This document shows positions 61,523 through 64,000 of a stretch of DNA of 64,000 nt, in pieces; the stretch's first letter is position 1, and every line of letters begins with the position of its first letter. Both the position numbers and the translations under genes were made by a program. This DNA is from the human T2T-CHM13v2.0 reference genome, Homo sapiens, in NCBI RefSeq assembly GCF_009914755.1, contig NC_060932.1; one strand, given 5' to 3'. The notes under the pieces were generated by a model. The model searched no databases, was not told the origin of the DNA, and saw nothing but the letters and a program-made list of their open reading frames with translations.

Positions 61523-63934
61523 AATGTATTTATATTTCATTTTTTCTATGTATCCTCTACTTGTTTATTTTCATTCCCCAGGAATGTAAATTGTGCTTAT
61601 TTGGATTTCCTTTCTTTCATATCTACCATCTTTTTTCTGATCTCTTTTATCTCTTGCTTTAATATCATTTTGTTTTGTTAACATTTGTATAGACTCTGCA
61701 TGTCCTTTGTGATATTGCTTTCATTTAATTTCATTTGGACTTTAACGATAATTTTGTTTTTCTAGTTGTTTTCTCTAGATCCATCAGATCACATCTAATC
61801 TCTTTAATTTTCTAATTATTTCTTCATTAATATCCTTCTCTCAGAATTTTTTTCTCCCGGAAAACTGACCCGTGACCATTCATTTCTTTGGTAATATAGA
61901 GAACTACATGTCTGAAGATTTGGGGGAGTTAATTCCTCCTCTAATGTGTATCATTTAGTTAAAAACATATTTTTGGATTGGTCTACTGTTGGTTCCTTTC
62001 GTGTTATTTCTTTTTAAGTGGGGTAGATCCATGCAAGCCAGCACTTGAGAATAACTGCGAAAGCATTGAAGGAAGAGGCATGCGTTGGAAGCTTTAGCTA
62101 GCAGCTTTGTTCTCTGACGACACTCTCACAGATTTATGGTATACTCATTCCTGGGGCATATTGCTCTTTTATATTTTATTATCACCTTCACTGGGGCAAT
62201 AAGAGATTGGTGTGGCTTTTGGTTATGGCCTTCCGTAACCTGCATGTATGTAGTGTGTTGTCTACACTTGCTCAGCTGTCTTTGGTCAGCACTGATAAAG
62301 AAGATCACTAAGGAAGATCACGCACTGCCTTTTCTTCTTTCAGCTTCCCCTCACTTTTTGCACCATTAAATTGAAGCCATGCAAAAATATTTCTAGTTTC
62401 TTCTATAGAGCACTATTGCAGTAGGATTAAAGGTATATTATTAGATGAACCTTTCAAGACTATGTCTAGAAAAATCTGCATGCTGCCTGAGGCCAAGAGG
62501 GCATGTATCTGTTCTATGTAAGCTTAAAATTTTGAGACATATTTCATTTTATTTGGCAGACATTGTTTATCTGATTGGTTGTTGATCACAACTGATTGTG
62601 ATTTGCAGTTGTGGTAATTTTCTTCTCTGTTTTGTTTCATTTGGTTATTATCAGTGAGTTTTGAGGGAGGGGAGTAAAACAGCAATGCCACTGCCACATT
62701 TGTAACATCAAGGGAAAACTTGAGAAAAGACAAAAACATCTTGTAATATATCTCAGTGAACACTCTGAATTTGCAATCTGTTAAATAAAAACAGTTCACT
62801 ATGTAAGTTCCTTAGTCTACCTGTTCCAACTGGACTGCCTCTGTTTCAAAGTTACTTAGTACTTCTTCAATGAGACAAACTATTTATAAGGCCCTTAAGT
62901 CTATTTCCAGAGAGTCGTTGCATTTACAAGCATACACTGTTATAAAATATTAATGAATTAGCACATTAAGTGCACATATTTACATATTAGATATATTAAT
63001 AATATAATAATTAATATATTATGTATAATTAATAGGTAAAAGAAGTATATATATTTACTCCTTTAATATTCTAATAAATAGATACATAGTAATTTATTTG
63101 ATCCATGCTCTATTGGTATAAAATTAGCTTGTCTTCAATATCCTTATAATATCACTATGTCTTTGTGCATTCTCTTGTTTATAAGTAATCTTGCATGCAA
63201 GTATTTCTGTAGGATAAATTTCATAACCTCACCATGGTGGTGTTGTCAAATGTTATTTTTAATACTTCATATGTAAGTACCTAACTATAAAAACTCCCTT
63301 AGAATTTTGTCATCTGTGGATTGTGGGGCAGATACTTTACAGAATAGGAAAAAAAAGACATAATAAAGACAAGAAAATAATATTGAAGTGGCCTACTTCA
63401 CAGTTAAAGTGTGAAAATAAAATTGCACCGACTTCCAAGGACATTAAAAAAAGCCCAAAGCGCAAACCTGATAAAGGCTACTTTTAAGCTCATGTCAACA
63501 ATATTGGCACTTTCAAGACACTTTTGAGTCATAATGGTTATTTGCAACAAATTGACAATTGCCAATGCCATGTGTGATTATGATATAACCTAAGGAGTAA
63601 CTTAACTTTATTTAGTAAGTGAAAAAATACCTCAGGGGTGTCGAGTTATCCCAGAAGAATTGAGGCAGTTAATTTAGACTCCACAAATAAACAGCTCCTA
63701 TTAGAAGACTTAATCCTCACAAAGTATTCATTTTTTGAAAAATTCTCACTTATGACAGTTACAGGGAAGTCTCAGCTAGAGTTGCTTGCAAGTTTAACTG
63801 AAATCATTCCCCTGCAAGAAGGAAAATGTAAAATGGCTTGAAAAACGGCAGTTATAAGAATGTCGAATGCATTTCAAATGTTGGTAGCAATGCTTTATTG
63901 AAGGTTAGGAACTGGGCCCATCCTATGAGTAATT

Positions 63935-64000
63935 TTTTTCTTTTTCTTTTTGAGACAGTGTCTCACTCTGGAGTACAGTGGTGCAACCATAGTTTATTAC
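63935..64000 (-). mobile_element. Alu (J-like) tail end, cut by the window edge
   Basis: tttttgagacagtgtctcactctggagtacagtggtgcaaccatag. Confidence 0.8.

Noticed and set aside
62133-62250. Possible coding exon (cacag|ATTTATGG...CAT|gtatgt)
   Set aside because: The polypyrimidine tract is weak and the peptide is not recognisable, so it is indistinguishable from chance.

Overview
This is AT-rich, repeat-dense primate genomic DNA (AluJ/S/Y, L1PA, MaLR/ERV LTRs), most likely hominoid or human intergenic or intronic sequence. I recognise no cellular protein-coding exon, tRNA, rRNA or CRISPR array. Nearly all ORFs in the track are Alu, L1 or ERV-derived, or chance frames. The most unusual object is a 4.04-kb betaretroviral provirus on the minus strand (16860-20903, probably HERV-K HML-5/HERVK22). 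It keeps TG...CA termini and a perfect 6-bp target-site duplication (CTGAGA), yet both LTRs appear cut down to ~20-bp stubs. A short CpG-rich segment stands where the leader and gag should be, and several Trp-position codons are TAA/TAG/TGA, as expected from APOBEC3 G-to-A editing. Other notable items are a 5'-inverted (twin-primed) L1PA in a perfectly palindromic target site, two apparent locally templated insertions, an Alu with a duplicated linker beyond its tail, and a template-switch hairpin inside an AluJ. Repeat subfamily names come from my recollection of consensus sequences and need RepeatMasker/Dfam confirmation. Boundaries of old repeats are approximate.
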